DNA of 63,960 bases, filler included, from Basidiobolus ranarum (lineage: Eukaryota), in NCBI GenBank assembly GCA_040143965.1. It is 3 parts of 3 records of this genome, joined end to end, with 100 filler letters (N's around TTAATTAATTAA, not from the genome) between each part and the next. Parts side by side here need not be neighbours in the genome. Positions count along the whole stretch, not along the records: positions 1 to 23,751 come from JASJQH010007037.1; positions 23,852 to 47,491 come from JASJQH010007038.1; 1 more part is not named here. One strand, 5' to 3'. Within the stretch, counting starts at the first letter, position 1. Each line of letters starts with the position of its first letter. The position numbers and the translations under genes are program-made. Under the pieces are notes generated by a model, which ran no database searches, had not been told where the DNA came from, and saw only the letters and a program-made list of their open reading frames with translations. Below are positions 13,237-25,379 of the stretch, piece after piece.

Positions 13237-14229
13237 CCTTCATCGATCGCCAAGGATAACCGGCTCGTTTCTTTTATCTATTTTGTAATCATTATCTTCA
13301 CTTTGAAGTTTTCTTATGTCTCATAATTAGTTCCAGAGTTGATGTAAAAACACTAGTTTTAGTCAGCCATTTCATTTGTTATATCTATAAACCACACCGG
13401 CCTTGCTTCTCACATAAAACTCTTTCGTAATTGAAACCCATCTCCCCTCCATTCTCTCTCTTTACAGTTCTTCATGAAATAAATCCATCTGTATTGCTAC
13501 TGTTGATTGCGAGAAGATACATAAGGCAGTAGAGGAACCATTAAGCCATGCTTATGTAATGACCACCCTAAATCCACATCTGTAAGCTGGAGGTCGGGAA
13601 CTCGGTTTACCAGTAATTGTAAATTTTTAGATAATGCACATCAAAGCTGATCACCATGAATTCATTTCAGAGGCCTTATGAATGACATAATGATAACATC
13701 AAAGCCGTTAAAAGGTGGGTAACTAAGAACACCGAGACATGAGACTGCCTTTTAGTACACATGGGTACTGCTTTCATCAGGCATGATTCATCTGGTAAGA
13801 ATTGTAACGAAGGATTATATTGTGCGTGGGATCTCTCCATCTATATCATCGAGTATGTATGTATGGCTGTTGGCATGGAATTGCATCGTATCATTTGAGT
13901 TCAGGTTTCTAATGGCGACTGTCGCAACCATGCTTTATGTCATGGGCATTCATGCTTAATTGTAGTATTGTGTATCTAGATAAACTAAGCATTAATCATA
14001 CCAACAATTGTAATAGCAGCTTGAGCTCTGTATGAATTGATGTGGTATTAGCTCAGAAACCTGCGTAGTCATTCCGTTCTTACTAGTTATCTATCTCTTT
14101 ATTGTTTAACCATATTCTCCTGTCATATCTAATTCAGCAACTAGTTATTAGTCATCTACGTTGGTTCAATTGCATCTTTATTACTTAGATATCTCCAACT
14201 GTATGTCTGAGTAATATTTGACTTCGTAA

Positions 14230-17200
14230 CCCCCCAATATTCTACCTTCCATAGGATTAAGAATAAATTTTCTTTATGAGCAGTTACTGATATTGTGTCT
14301 TGAAGCTTGACTATTACAAAGCAGAGTTAACCTTTTCTTAAGATAGGGTTAGTAGAGAGACTCAGGCATAAGGGAAGAGTAATTTTGAGTAATAAGATAT
14401 ATGTTTTAAGACACTATCATTATATATAGCTAATACTTGCTGTTGCCAAGACTTATATCTGTTGAAATTAGCATTGCCTAAACACCTATATAATCATATA
14501 TAGCTTAGTATTTAGTTATCTTATGTTTCACTAAAATATCACCCCCTATTCTCAAGCGGGATGAACTCAGTAGTTCTCATCTGTATATATTTTTCAAACT
14601 TGCTCTAGAAGCCCCAAGCTCTGCACACATTTTTCTGAGGCCTTCCTTAACACATTATACATGGTTGTTTGCTCACGTTCTAACTAAACTATAAATTTCA
14701 ACTTTCAACTCAATAAATGAATAAGTAAAAATACCAATATGTATAGTTCTCCTAACCATTTCTAATAGGCTTCCAAAATACTTCAGAATTTCTGTGTAAA
14801 CTAACCTGGGTAATACAGGCAGCAAGTGCTGGCAAAAATTGGAGACTGGAGAACAAGTTGCTGGGGTTCTGGTCATAAGATATACCATGGCAGGAGAAAA
14901 TCCTTTGGCAACAATCATTATATATGAATAGTATAGATCAAGGTTAAATGTGGTCTATGAAGAGACATTCCAAGATACAATATATATACTGGGATAGGTA
15001 ATATATTAAGGCTGGTGGAGCTATCTGAATACTAATGCTAAAAGAATCTCATTGCGAATGGGTTATATATGTATGGTTATGTGATCTTCACTGGAGAGTC
15101 CAATTAATCAGCATTTTTGGCATGATTTGATTGAAGTTTTGTTGGATATGTAATCTTTTTTCAGCATTCTAGTTAACTTTAGTTATGACTTACATATTAA
15201 AAACAAGAGAGCAACATATCTATAGCCTCTATACTCTGATTTGGAATATCTTTGTATTTATATCACCAGCATGTCATATTAATCAACTTTATATAATACA
15301 TCTCATTACACAAACTCCTGTATATCTCAAACATTTGGTTTAATTCTCTGCTATTCAAGTCACCATATTCTCTTAAGAACAAGACAGCTAAACAGTATCA
15401 AATGTTGCCTTTAATATATAGGGTTTCCCCTCAATATGATCAGGTTCTCCAACAGATCTCATTGAATTCTCTCACAATTATCTTAACTAGATTTAGTAAT
15501 CAGGGTGAGGCATCATTTTTATTTAAGCAAGAGAGGAACAATTAATAGTCCCATGGGAATTAGTGGTGAGCTTAGCAGAACTTCTACACCTGTTGATACA
15601 AGAGTAGAATTACAGGATACTAAAATATTTTGGATACTGTTTTCTATGTGCAGTAAAGTATGAAACTTTATCCCTCACTCCAAGTAACAACCACTATCTC
15701 AACTTGTATTATCAGGTGACTTAGATCTTTCATGCTTGATAGGCAGATAGCATGTTATTTAGAATATATGGACTTTGTGTAAGATACTTCAACAATTGTA
15801 ACACTAGGGTTAATAAAACTGATAAAGCTCATAAACTTCAATAATTTTATAACATGCTCTTTTAGTATGAAAGCTTATTAGCCAAAACTTGATAACCTTT
15901 TCAAACTTGCAGCAACCTAAAGGGTTAAAGCATTCAATCTTGTTTTGACTAAATGGGTAGTAGCTTTATTCAAACATTTCAGCTTGTTTGGCAGATTGAA
16001 AGTCTAAGTGTGTCAAAGTGTTAGTCATGATCCCTTGACTTTATAACAAGTACATAAGAAACATCAGATGTAGAAGCAGAGCCTTTTTTCTCACTAGTAC
16101 ATTTTGAGTTGGCTAAATTATTTTTGTTCAATATCTGAGTTAACTTTAATTATACAACAAATATCAAAAACAGGAAATCAATGTATCTATAGCTCTTAAA
16201 TCCTAATCAGAAATACTTTGCTATATTTACATGACCTGTAGGTTTTATTATACCCAAGTATACATCGTATCATAATACACAAACTCCTGACTAGCTTGAA
16301 TAATTGATTTGCTTCTCTGATATATGTGTTGCCATATTCTCTTAAGCATAAAGCAGCTAAAGCAGTATTATATATCATCTCCAAACCCTCCAACATATTT
16401 ATTGAAATTTATTTCTTTTATGAAGAAAATATCTTGTTCAATAAAGTAGCCAGAATGTCAAATAGTTGCAGGAACATCACTGTTAGCACTGACCAAACTG
16501 GAACTTTTGACACTTCTCAGCATATCAAATATTGCTTGTATACATATGAAGCAATTGTAATATCTCAAATATGCAAGCAATCAACACAAAGTAAGTATAG
16601 AAAACATGTATGAGGAGTTTTTATATTGACTAATGCCAGTACTTTGACTTTACATTTACTCAAGTGTGTATCTTGATAGTTATATCAATGTAATAGAGTA
16701 TTCAATCATGGTACACATTAATACTTTGCCTTTGAGATACCTCTTTTCCAAAGGAGGAAACATATCTACAATAGAAAAGTGAGCATTTGCTAAATCAACC
16801 AGCATGCAATATTAATCATATAAACTTAAATTAGATACTTCAGATTTATTGTATTGAAATGTGAAAATTTTTTAGTAATGAACAGACATTGTGTATTATA
16901 AACTTAGTACTATTGGTATATACTTCATATAATGCTCAGGGCAAAACCAATGAAGAGTGTTCTTGAACACTGAAAGAATGGAACAGCTCAGTGTGTTGGC
17001 CCTAATAACAGTGTTCCCATTTTTGATTACTCAACCAGGCTGCCTGTACTTGTACTCATATATTTTATGTGCAGCCATAATTGCCAATATGGGCCCAATA
17101 ATATATCTCTGACTAGATGCTAGCATTATTACTCTATCTCTGAGATTATGTGAAAAATGACAATTGATTTCAAATTCTTAAAACTATTCAAATGTTAAGA

Positions 17201-17240
17201 CCAATGATAAGCATCTGATAAGCAGTATTTTTTGCTTTTA
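14230..17240. repeat. AT-rich, CpG-depleted decayed repeat or mobile-element relic of unidentified family, with internal duplication
   Basis: About 4 CG dinucleotides counted by eye in ~3 kb. Blocks ~15295-15410 and ~16255-16380 are diverged copies (ACACAAACTCCTG...CCATATTCTCTTAAG...CAGCTAAA). Confidence 0.6.
14460..14787 (+). mobile_element. Degenerate solo LTR of a Ty1/copia-type retrotransposon
   Basis: Starts TGTTGAAATTAGCATTGCCTAAACACCTATA and is colinear with 46305-46658 (shared CCTTCCTTAACACATT, TTTTTCAAACTTG). Flanked by ATATC / ATTTC, a 4-of-5 match consistent with a decayed 5-bp TSD. Confidence 0.75.
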
Positions 17241-20157
17241 ATTGTATCGATAACAATATTTCAGGTTAATTCAGTAACATGATCAAAACATCATTTCTTT
17301 CTTAATATGCGTCAAACTCAAGCAAGAAGTACAATGATACATTCAATGAGTATTTGAAGCTTAGCTGGAATCTTGTAATAAGGTAATCTGTATTTATCAC
17401 ATTGTTATAAACTAATGTTGGCATCTATAAATACAACTAATACTAACTGGCCAAATGAATCTGTATGGATTTCACTGGACATGTAGAGAATATAACTATA
17501 TCTACAGGTATTTAGAAAGCAATAGTGGATCACCAAACCTTACTTGTAGGATAGCCCAATCATAGCGCAATATTTAAAATAGCCATTCATTGAGCAAATA
17601 GGGGTCAGTGGTTTCTGCTGATCCTTTTAGAATCGCATAAGGATACTCTGAATGCGGCATATAAATGGCAGACAAAATATGATAAGTCACATAGAAGAAG
17701 CCTCGGTCAAATGACTGCGAAGCCCAGGTGGGCGTAATAATATGCGCTTGCTCAATGTTGCTAAGCCTTACTATACAAGTCAACTATCAGTGTGATATTT
17801 CAAATCAACCCAATATGGTTTCCAGTTTAGCGGACGTAGACAGAAGGGTGCCCAAATTTAGATGGAATTATTAGTCGGATTAAATCATAGTGTACCGGAT
17901 TGAAAACTCTATCATCATTGAATACTGAGGTACTACCAGCTGATTGGTTGATTTCGGGTCCGGATCAGTTCCTGTAATTATTATTTAATAACGACATTCA
18001 GGGTAACAACGGACTCATAGCTGGTGTTGGGTTACCAACGTCTAAACTGGTCACGTCACACGGGCCAGGATACAGTGACTCTCATCCAACATATCTAATC
18101 TGTAAAATCACGGTTTATTAGTTTGGATAATTTACCAATAAAGTATTGAAACCTGCAACAACTGTATATCCAAGTGAAGCGCTGCTACTCACTTTGGTAA
18201 TGAAAGTTATCTTAACAGCTAATCTCGGAATTCTCCGGAATGCTGCCATTACAGAACTGGTGATAGCATCCCGATATATAGAAATACCCACAGTAGATTT
18301 AATGGGAAGATATCGCACATGATTAGCCTTTATCATCAGCGACATGCAACGGAGTAGTCACAGTCACATACTCAAGGTAACGGAATTCATTGAACCCAAG
18401 TTTACTTATGCTACGAACGTTCCAATATAATGATGACAGGACAAGCCATAGATTAACAATCAATTGAATGATGAAGCTACACCATTTCCATACGGATTAG
18501 AAGTGTAAACTCACAAAGAAGCATTCTAAAATCGGTAACATATTCAACATTGGCTCCACAACTCTCACCTTTGACAGCATTCAAATTCTTTCCTTAAACC
18601 CAAATAATATGCCAATGCCTTCAAATAAATAATAGCAACACATACTGCTTTGAACCGCTGGAAAGAGGAATACCAACTTCTTCATGGAGATGAATCGTGT
18701 TCAGAACTTGTGCTTGTTTACTGGTATCGGTGCATATCAGATAAATCTTCAAATACACTCTAAGGAACTTGAGAAAGGCTAGCAAGGGAATTATCAATTA
18801 GATAGTATGGCTTGCAAATAGCATTTGAAAACAGATCGGATTTTCGGAGGAGTTTCTCCGCCATGATTGAAAAACTTTGGTGATCAATTCCGGGAATAAC
18901 TCCATAGTTCAATTAATCACCACTGAATTGCATACAACCCCTATTGCTGGTCTATAACTTATCCAATTGTTGCTGTTTAGGGTGCACTTGATATATTGAG
19001 GAATACCTATTGGCTAGCAGGAGCCCATACAATGTCTAGTGATGTTAAACAATCAATAGCATTGAGGCTTCGGCTTCTATTTTCTCGGGAAGTTTAGGAA
19101 TCCTCGGAGAAATAGGCTTCTAGTTCCTAAACCTTATAGCTTATTTATTATCAATATCACTTACTGAAGATATATTTGGTAGCTAAGTAATTTAAAAAAT
19201 GTCCTTACAAAGATCTCTAATCTAAGATTTATGCACATTCATCTCAGAGAGAAGAATCTGCTCCTTGGTACTGGAGATGGCTAGCCAATGATACTAATTC
19301 CAATTTCCATTTTTGAGTAACGTTTCACTCGGATAGTTGAAGGGATTCAAATTCACTGATGACTTCCATATATATTGTTCTTATTCTGTAATTCAAGAGA
19401 TTCCAATGCATAATGAAACTTATTCAAAGGGGAAGGAAAGGCCCAATTTTTCTGGCACAGTACCACCAAGGAGTTGGGTGACCTCAACTATTTACAATGC
19501 GCTCAGAAATACCGTTCATTAGTTACAATTTGGTATGAGACAAATGATGAACAGGTATCGTCCATACTTTCACTCAACATATCTTTTTAGCGTCCCTTGA
19601 TCCCAGGAAAGCTTTTTTGTGGGTGGGATTCGTTACAAACTCGTCTCCAGTGAGATTTCATGAATGCTTCATGGTGAAGAGCCCTATCCAAATTCAAGTT
19701 TTAGTTGCATCAACTTGTATCACCAATATATAAGTTAATTGTTGCATATAAACGAAGGTGTTCAGCCGCGTGAGTCGCGAGTGTATAATATCAACAAATT
19801 ATCACTAAACAGTAAAACATGAGCTATTGTTATTTAAAACCTCATTGTGGATTATCTACTTTTTCGGAAGGGGCATTCGGAAGCAAATATATCAGTTGAG
19901 TACTTTAGTGTGTGCCTAGGTGTGGGTTAGGTAGTTACATATGGAAAGTTAATCTATCTATGATGGCTAACTTGGATTTTGCTGAATGACGAGTGTTGCA
20001 TCGGACCTGAATCAAACCATCGTGCCATTAATACCAATTAAGAATAAATCCTGTGTTGAAACATTACACAATAGCATTGTTGTTTTTTTGCTGACCTCTC
20101 AAGAAGATATAAATACAAATCTACTTGGCAATAGTGCAAGTTATTTCATATTCAACA

Positions 20158-23100
20158 ATGCCGTCGGATCCTGAAAAAAGGACAAGTGGTACTAGTGATG
20201 CCAATGCGGCTACCCTTCACAACGCCGATGATATCCTAAAAGAGCTGCCCCACAAAGCTATTGAAATAAATGACAAGCCAACAGAGGCCAAGGATAGTAA
20301 GAAGGAGGTAGAGCCAAAAGCTTCAATGAGAGAGCTTTTTAACTTTGCCACCAAATTTGATTGGGTTTTGATGTCTATCGGACTTATCGCTGCTCTTATT
20401 GCTGGTGCTGGTATGCCGCTGATGACGTTCGTATAGTTTCTTTAGAGCATTCGCTATGTCCCAGTACTAACTTGTCATATTCATTTAGCATTATATTTGG
20501 AGGCATGGTTACCAAATTTGGCGAGTTCGCTACCAAGGTTGCCTTAGGGGTAGTGAGCGAAGCTGATGTAGCGGTATTTAGATCTACCATCAATGAATAC
20601 ACTCTCTACTTCGTTTACCTTGCTATCGGCATGTGGGTTACTACTTATGCGTACATGGCTACTTGGGTTTATGCCGGTGAGCGTCAAACCAGAAAAATTC
20701 GTGAGTCTTATTTGGCGGCTGTTCTTCGACAGGACATTGCATGGTTCGATAAACTAGGTGCTGGCGAAATTACCACCAGAATTACTAGTGATACACATTT
20801 AATCCAGGATGGTATCTCAGAGAAATTCCCGCAAAGTTGTTCATATGTTGCGACATTTATCTCAGCATTTGTTATTGCTTTCACGAGAAGTTGGCGTCTT
20901 ACCCTGGTTCTTAGTTGTATTATCCCAATGATTGCTGTGTCCGTGGGAATTCTAAACGTGTTCAATACTAAATTTGTCAAAAGGGCGCTGGATCATTATT
21001 CGATTTCTGGAACTTTGGCTGAGGAGGTCCTCTCTTCCATCAGAACTGCAACCGCGTTTGGTCAACAAAAGAAGCTTTCCGAGATGTATGATAAAAATAT
21101 TGCTGATGCTAAAAAGGAGGGAATGAAGAAAGCATTTACAACCGGTACCGGTATTGGTGTCATCTTCTTGATCATTTACTGTGCCTATGCCCTCGCTTCT
21201 TGGTATGGTGGTAAACTCCTGGGAGATGGACTCCAAGTTGGTGATGTCTTCAATGTGTTCTTTGCTGTAATCATTGGAGCATTTTCCCTAGGACATGTTG
21301 CCCCAAATCTCCAAGCCTTCGCTTTTGCCCAAGGAGCTGCCGCCAAGCTTTACGATGCTATATATCGTGTTCCTTCGATCGACTCTGCCTCTACAGAGGG
21401 TATCAAGCCTACAGAAACGACCCGAGGGTTGATTGAAGCTAGAGATATTCAGTTCCATTATCCATCTCGTCCCGACGTTCCCATCTTGAAGGGGATAAGT
21501 TTGACCGTAGAGCCTGGTAAAACTGTAGCTTTAGTGGGTACTAGCGGATCCGGTAAATCAACAATCATTCAACTGTTGGAGAGATTTTACGACCCGATTG
21601 GTGGAGAGATTCTTCTCGATGGTAGACCTATCAAGTCACTTAACGTTCACTGGCTTCGTCGTCAAATCGGTCTAGTGTCTCAAGAGCCTACCCTTTTCAA
21701 ATGCACCATTGCTGAGAACGTAGCTCATGGCTTAATTGGTACTCTACACGAGAATTCTGGTGCTGAGAAGCGAATGGAGCTCATTGAGCAGGCATGTAAG
21801 ATGGCAAATGCGCATGATTTCATTATGACTCTTCCGGATAAGTACGATACCCATGTTGGTGAAAGAGGTTTCCTTCTTTCTGGTGGACAAAAGCAACGTA
21901 TTGCAATTGCAAGAGCAATCGTGAAAGATCCTCGTATTCTTTTACTCGATGAAGCTACCTCTGCTCTGGATACACAATCCGAAGGTATCGTTCAGCAGGC
22001 TTTGGATCGCGCTAGCTCCGGTAGAACAACCATCGTGATTGCTCATCGTCTTTCTACCATTCGTAATGCCGATCAAATCATTGTTATGGAGCGTGGAACG
22101 ATCATCGAATCCGGCACTCATAAATCTTTACTCGAGTTACAGGGGTCTTATTACAAACTGGTTGAACTTCAGAAGATCGGAAATAATGATGAAGAGTTGC
22201 AAGCCGTACCTCCACCTGAGGATCAAAATATCGAAGCGATTAGATCTAAAGATTCGGAACTAAGACGCCAGACTACAACTCATTCTGTACTCTCCGTTGG
22301 TAGTGAAAACGATATTGAAGGAGATACGACATCCAAATTATCATTTGCTTATGTTTGTTATCGTGTATTCTTGCTTAATAAGCCCGAGCTCAAGTTCATG
22401 TTCGGTGGATTGTGTGGCTCCATATTCTCTGGCTTAGTTTTCCCCATCATCGCTATTGTCTTCGCAGGTGTAATTGAAGCATTTAGTATTCAAAATGACG
22501 ACGCAAAACGTAATCACGACATCAATTTCTGGTCTTTGATGTTTTTAATCATTGCTATTGTGATGTTTATTGCACAAACGGCACAAGGTACATTCTTCGG
22601 TATCTCTGGAGAACGACTAACAGAACGTATCCGCTCTTTATCTTTTGCAACGATGCTTCGTCAAGAAATCGGTTGGTTCGATCGTGACCACAATAGTACT
22701 GGTACCCTTGTATCTGCTCTTTCTACTGATGCTACTCACGTGCAAGGTGTGAGTGGCTCTACATTTGGAACCATCCTTCAAGTAATTGTTAACATTATTG
22801 GAGGATTCATTGTCGGGTTATGTTATGGCTGGAAACTAACCCTTGTAGTGATGACCTGTGTTCCATTGTTGATGGCTGCCGGTGTAATTCGTATGAAAAT
22901 GATGAACGGCTATCAAGAACAAACCAAAGTAGCGTACGAGCATTCAGCTCAACTAGCTTGTGAAGCTGCCTCATCCATTCGTACTGTTGCTTCTCTCACT
23001 CGTGAAAAAGATGTTTGTAGAATGTATCATGCTGAATTGGAAGAACCCGTGAGAGCAGGAAAGAAGAATGCGTTTGGTTCATCGTCAATCTTCGCTCTAT

Positions 23101-23751
23101 CCCAAGCAATTGTATTTCTTGCCAACGCCCTTGGCTTCTGGTATGGTGGTAGATTGATGTCCACTATGATCAATACCGGAGGAGTGTCAGTTCCTGAATA
23201 TAATCAACACCAGTTCTTCGTCGTATTCATTGCAATTATCTTTGGAGCTCAGAGTGCTGGTAATGTTTTCTCTTTCGTTCCGGACTTGAGCAAAGCTAAA
23301 ACTGCCGCTGCTAGTATTATTGGGTTGTTGGATCGTCAGCCATTAATCGATACTGTTAATTCACAAGGTGACAAGGTGCCATCAGTTGAAGGCCGCATTA
23401 CCTATAAAGATGTGCACTTTAGATATCCTACACGTCCTGGAGTTCCAGTTCTTCGTGGATTGAATCTCGATATTCAACCTGGTCAATATGCAGCTCTTGT
23501 TGGTCCTTCAGGATGTGGTAAAAGTACCGTCATTGGCCTCACTGAACGATTCTATGATGTACTTGCGGGCAGCGTCATGATCGATGGGAAGGATGTGCGT
23601 AAAATGAACATCAATGATATGCGTAAGTATATTGCTTTGGTAGGACAAGAACCCACACTCTACGATATGACCATAAAAGAAAATATTTGCTTTGGTTTGG
23701 TTGAGCGGGTCCCATCACAGGACGAAATTGAGCAGGCTGCTCGTGATGCTA
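20158..23751 (+). CDS. Full-size ABCB/MDR (P-glycoprotein-like) ABC transporter, 3' end truncated by the assembly gap
   Basis: Exon 1 20158-20426, intron 20427-20488 (GTTCGT..TAG, restores MPLMTIIFGG), exon 2 20489 to the gap. TMD-NBD-TMD-NBD layout; Walker A GTSGSGKST and GPSGCGKST, signature LSGGQKQRIAIARA, Walker B ILLLDEATSALD. Confidence 0.96.
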
Positions 23752-23851
23752 NNNNNNNNNNNNNNNNNNNNNNNNNNNNNNNNNNNNNNNNNNNNTTAAT
23801 TAATTAANNNNNNNNNNNNNNNNNNNNNNNNNNNNNNNNNNNNNNNNNNNN
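23752..23851. other. Artificial contig linker (N44-TTAATTAATTAA-N44)
   Basis: N runs around a 12-mer that encodes stops in all six frames; the same structure occurs at 47492-47591. Confidence 0.95.
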
Positions 23852-24506
23852 ATGTTATCCAAAAATCCAAGAAATTTATGGAACTTAGAGTGGGCCATTC
23901 CTTGGCCCCATATTAGTAGAAAAAGAGACTCCGGTGCTTCACATCCTCAATATTCAAACTTTCAATTTATGCGGTAACGGGGTCTAATTGCGATTTGGCA
24001 TTCTTTTAACCTAATGTTATCTTTGAATTTGATATAGTTCCGGTTGGCCACCCTCTTCCAATGCCGAAAGTTCACCAACAAGTAGTCGTGGGCGCCAAAG
24101 ACGTCGTAGGTATCTACTTGGCTTATTGGATAACATAGTATCGTCCGAAAAGTATCACCTTACTTGGAGTTCCCAGCCCGACAGAGATGTGATGAATCCA
24201 CAATGGTGGGGAACAGTAGAGTTTCTAGACACTACTACATCACAAGCAATTGTAGATTCTGAATACTCAGCAAGATACTTCTTAAACATCCTTTACCAGC
24301 TGGAACAAAACCACTTTGAATCCTTTGGCACTTATTCCGAGGACCTTTCGATGCTTATGCCAAATACCACGATATTCAAGGAGTGCTCATTTGATAAACC
24401 AGTAATTGAAGTTCATGATGGTGGAATGAGGTTTGATATTCACTTGAAACTGGATGATCACAAAACTGGACATATATCGCAGGACAGGTTACTTTGGTTC
24501 AGTTGA
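23852..24506 (+). CDS. 3' part of a CBM9-like (carbohydrate-binding family 9-like) protein, probably 5'-truncated by the gap
   Basis: Exon 23852-23973, intron 23974-24037, exon 24038-24506. Reads WNLEWAIPW...NFQFMRSGW...LTWSSQPDRDVMNPQWWGTVEF...RYFLNILYQLEQNHFESFGTYSEDL...ISQDRLLWF, matching from memory the pattern WxxExAIPW / NFSRVxW / WSPQ...PExWG of CBM9-like proteins. Confidence 0.65.
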
Positions 24507-24938
24507 TCGATTCTATTTACGTACAAACAATCCGCAGCATGCATTCATATTTCGAACACATTTAGTCTATTTTCTTAGTTGCATCATATCACCTTCAAAT
24601 ATACCATTAATTCCAAGGATCACATTTCCATTGCAACGCTATGTTCACCAGGTCCATGTAGCCTAGTGATCCAGTATATCATTGTTCTTTCACTCTGTTC
24701 TATTCTTCTTGGAGCAAGAGATAATTTTCACCACTTGGCTGATCATTCGAGTCGATTTTATGTGAGGGTTTAATGTTTGATTTTCATAAATAAATGACTT
24801 CGTGGTTAATTCAAGCGGGTCTAAGTTTAGTCAAGTTAAGTGGGTAAAAGAGTCACTAAAGAAATGTGTACAAGTATAGATACAGGTCAAAGAATAAAAG
24901 AGCTCCCAAATATATATATAGGTGGAGTGATAGCCAAA

Positions 24939-25379
24939 TCAATCGTAACGAGAAGCGCTAATTCTTCGTGCATTTGTGTTATCGATTAGGCCTCGTAATA
25001 GAGGAATAGCTTCACTTGGTCTTTCCACTGATGCACCCACATGCATCCAATGGTCGTAAACACCCAACACGAGTAGCTCTTTGGACGACCTTCCTTTGAT
25101 CCTCGAAACATCCAGAGCCCACCAGATGGGCTTTAGACAAATACCATATATTTGGTAAGAGGTCGAGTTGCTCAAATGATCTAATGTATTCAACGAACTG
25201 ATATCTTTAATCCATACTTTGCGTGAGGTTCCATATGGGTAATACTTATGTACAGAGATATGGTCCCTCTGGATAGTAATGAATCTGTCCTTATACAACG
25301 GCTTATTGGGACGCTCCCTGGACTTATCAAATGACAAGGCGCGCCTAATCGGCTCCATAGCGGTGATGAAGGTTTTCAT
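24939..25379 (-). CDS. Hypothetical 146-aa intronless protein, probable PH-like beta fold
   Basis: Clean ATG-to-stop ORF. Pattern LYxD..I.i....I.V.kYY.P.GTSrkv.i.dI...YxIYG...WWALDxxR resembles small uncharacterised proteins I recall from Actinobacteria and some eukaryotes. Confidence 0.65.
   Translation of the reverse strand: MKTFITAMEPIRRALSFDKSRERPNKPLYKDRFITIQRDHISVHKYYPYGTSRKVWIKDISSLNTLDHLSNSTSYQIYGICLKPIWWALDVSRIKGRSSKELLVLGVYDHWMHVGASVERPSEAIPLLRGLIDNTNARRISASRYD

Noticed and set aside
2545..18744. SreA-type ATCWGATAA sites at 2545, 17213 and 18736, suggesting an iron regulon (SulP, ABC transporter) around sreA
   Set aside because: A rough composition estimate gives 2-3 such 9-mers by chance in 64 kb; the sites are single, far from starts, and one is in a repeat relic.
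23796..23807. Palindromic TTAATTAATTAA inside N runs (also 47536-47547), and the apparent ABC transporter end '...LIN*'
   Set aside because: Artificial six-frame-stop contig linker. The ABC C-terminus is simply missing, and genes on either side are not necessarily neighbours.
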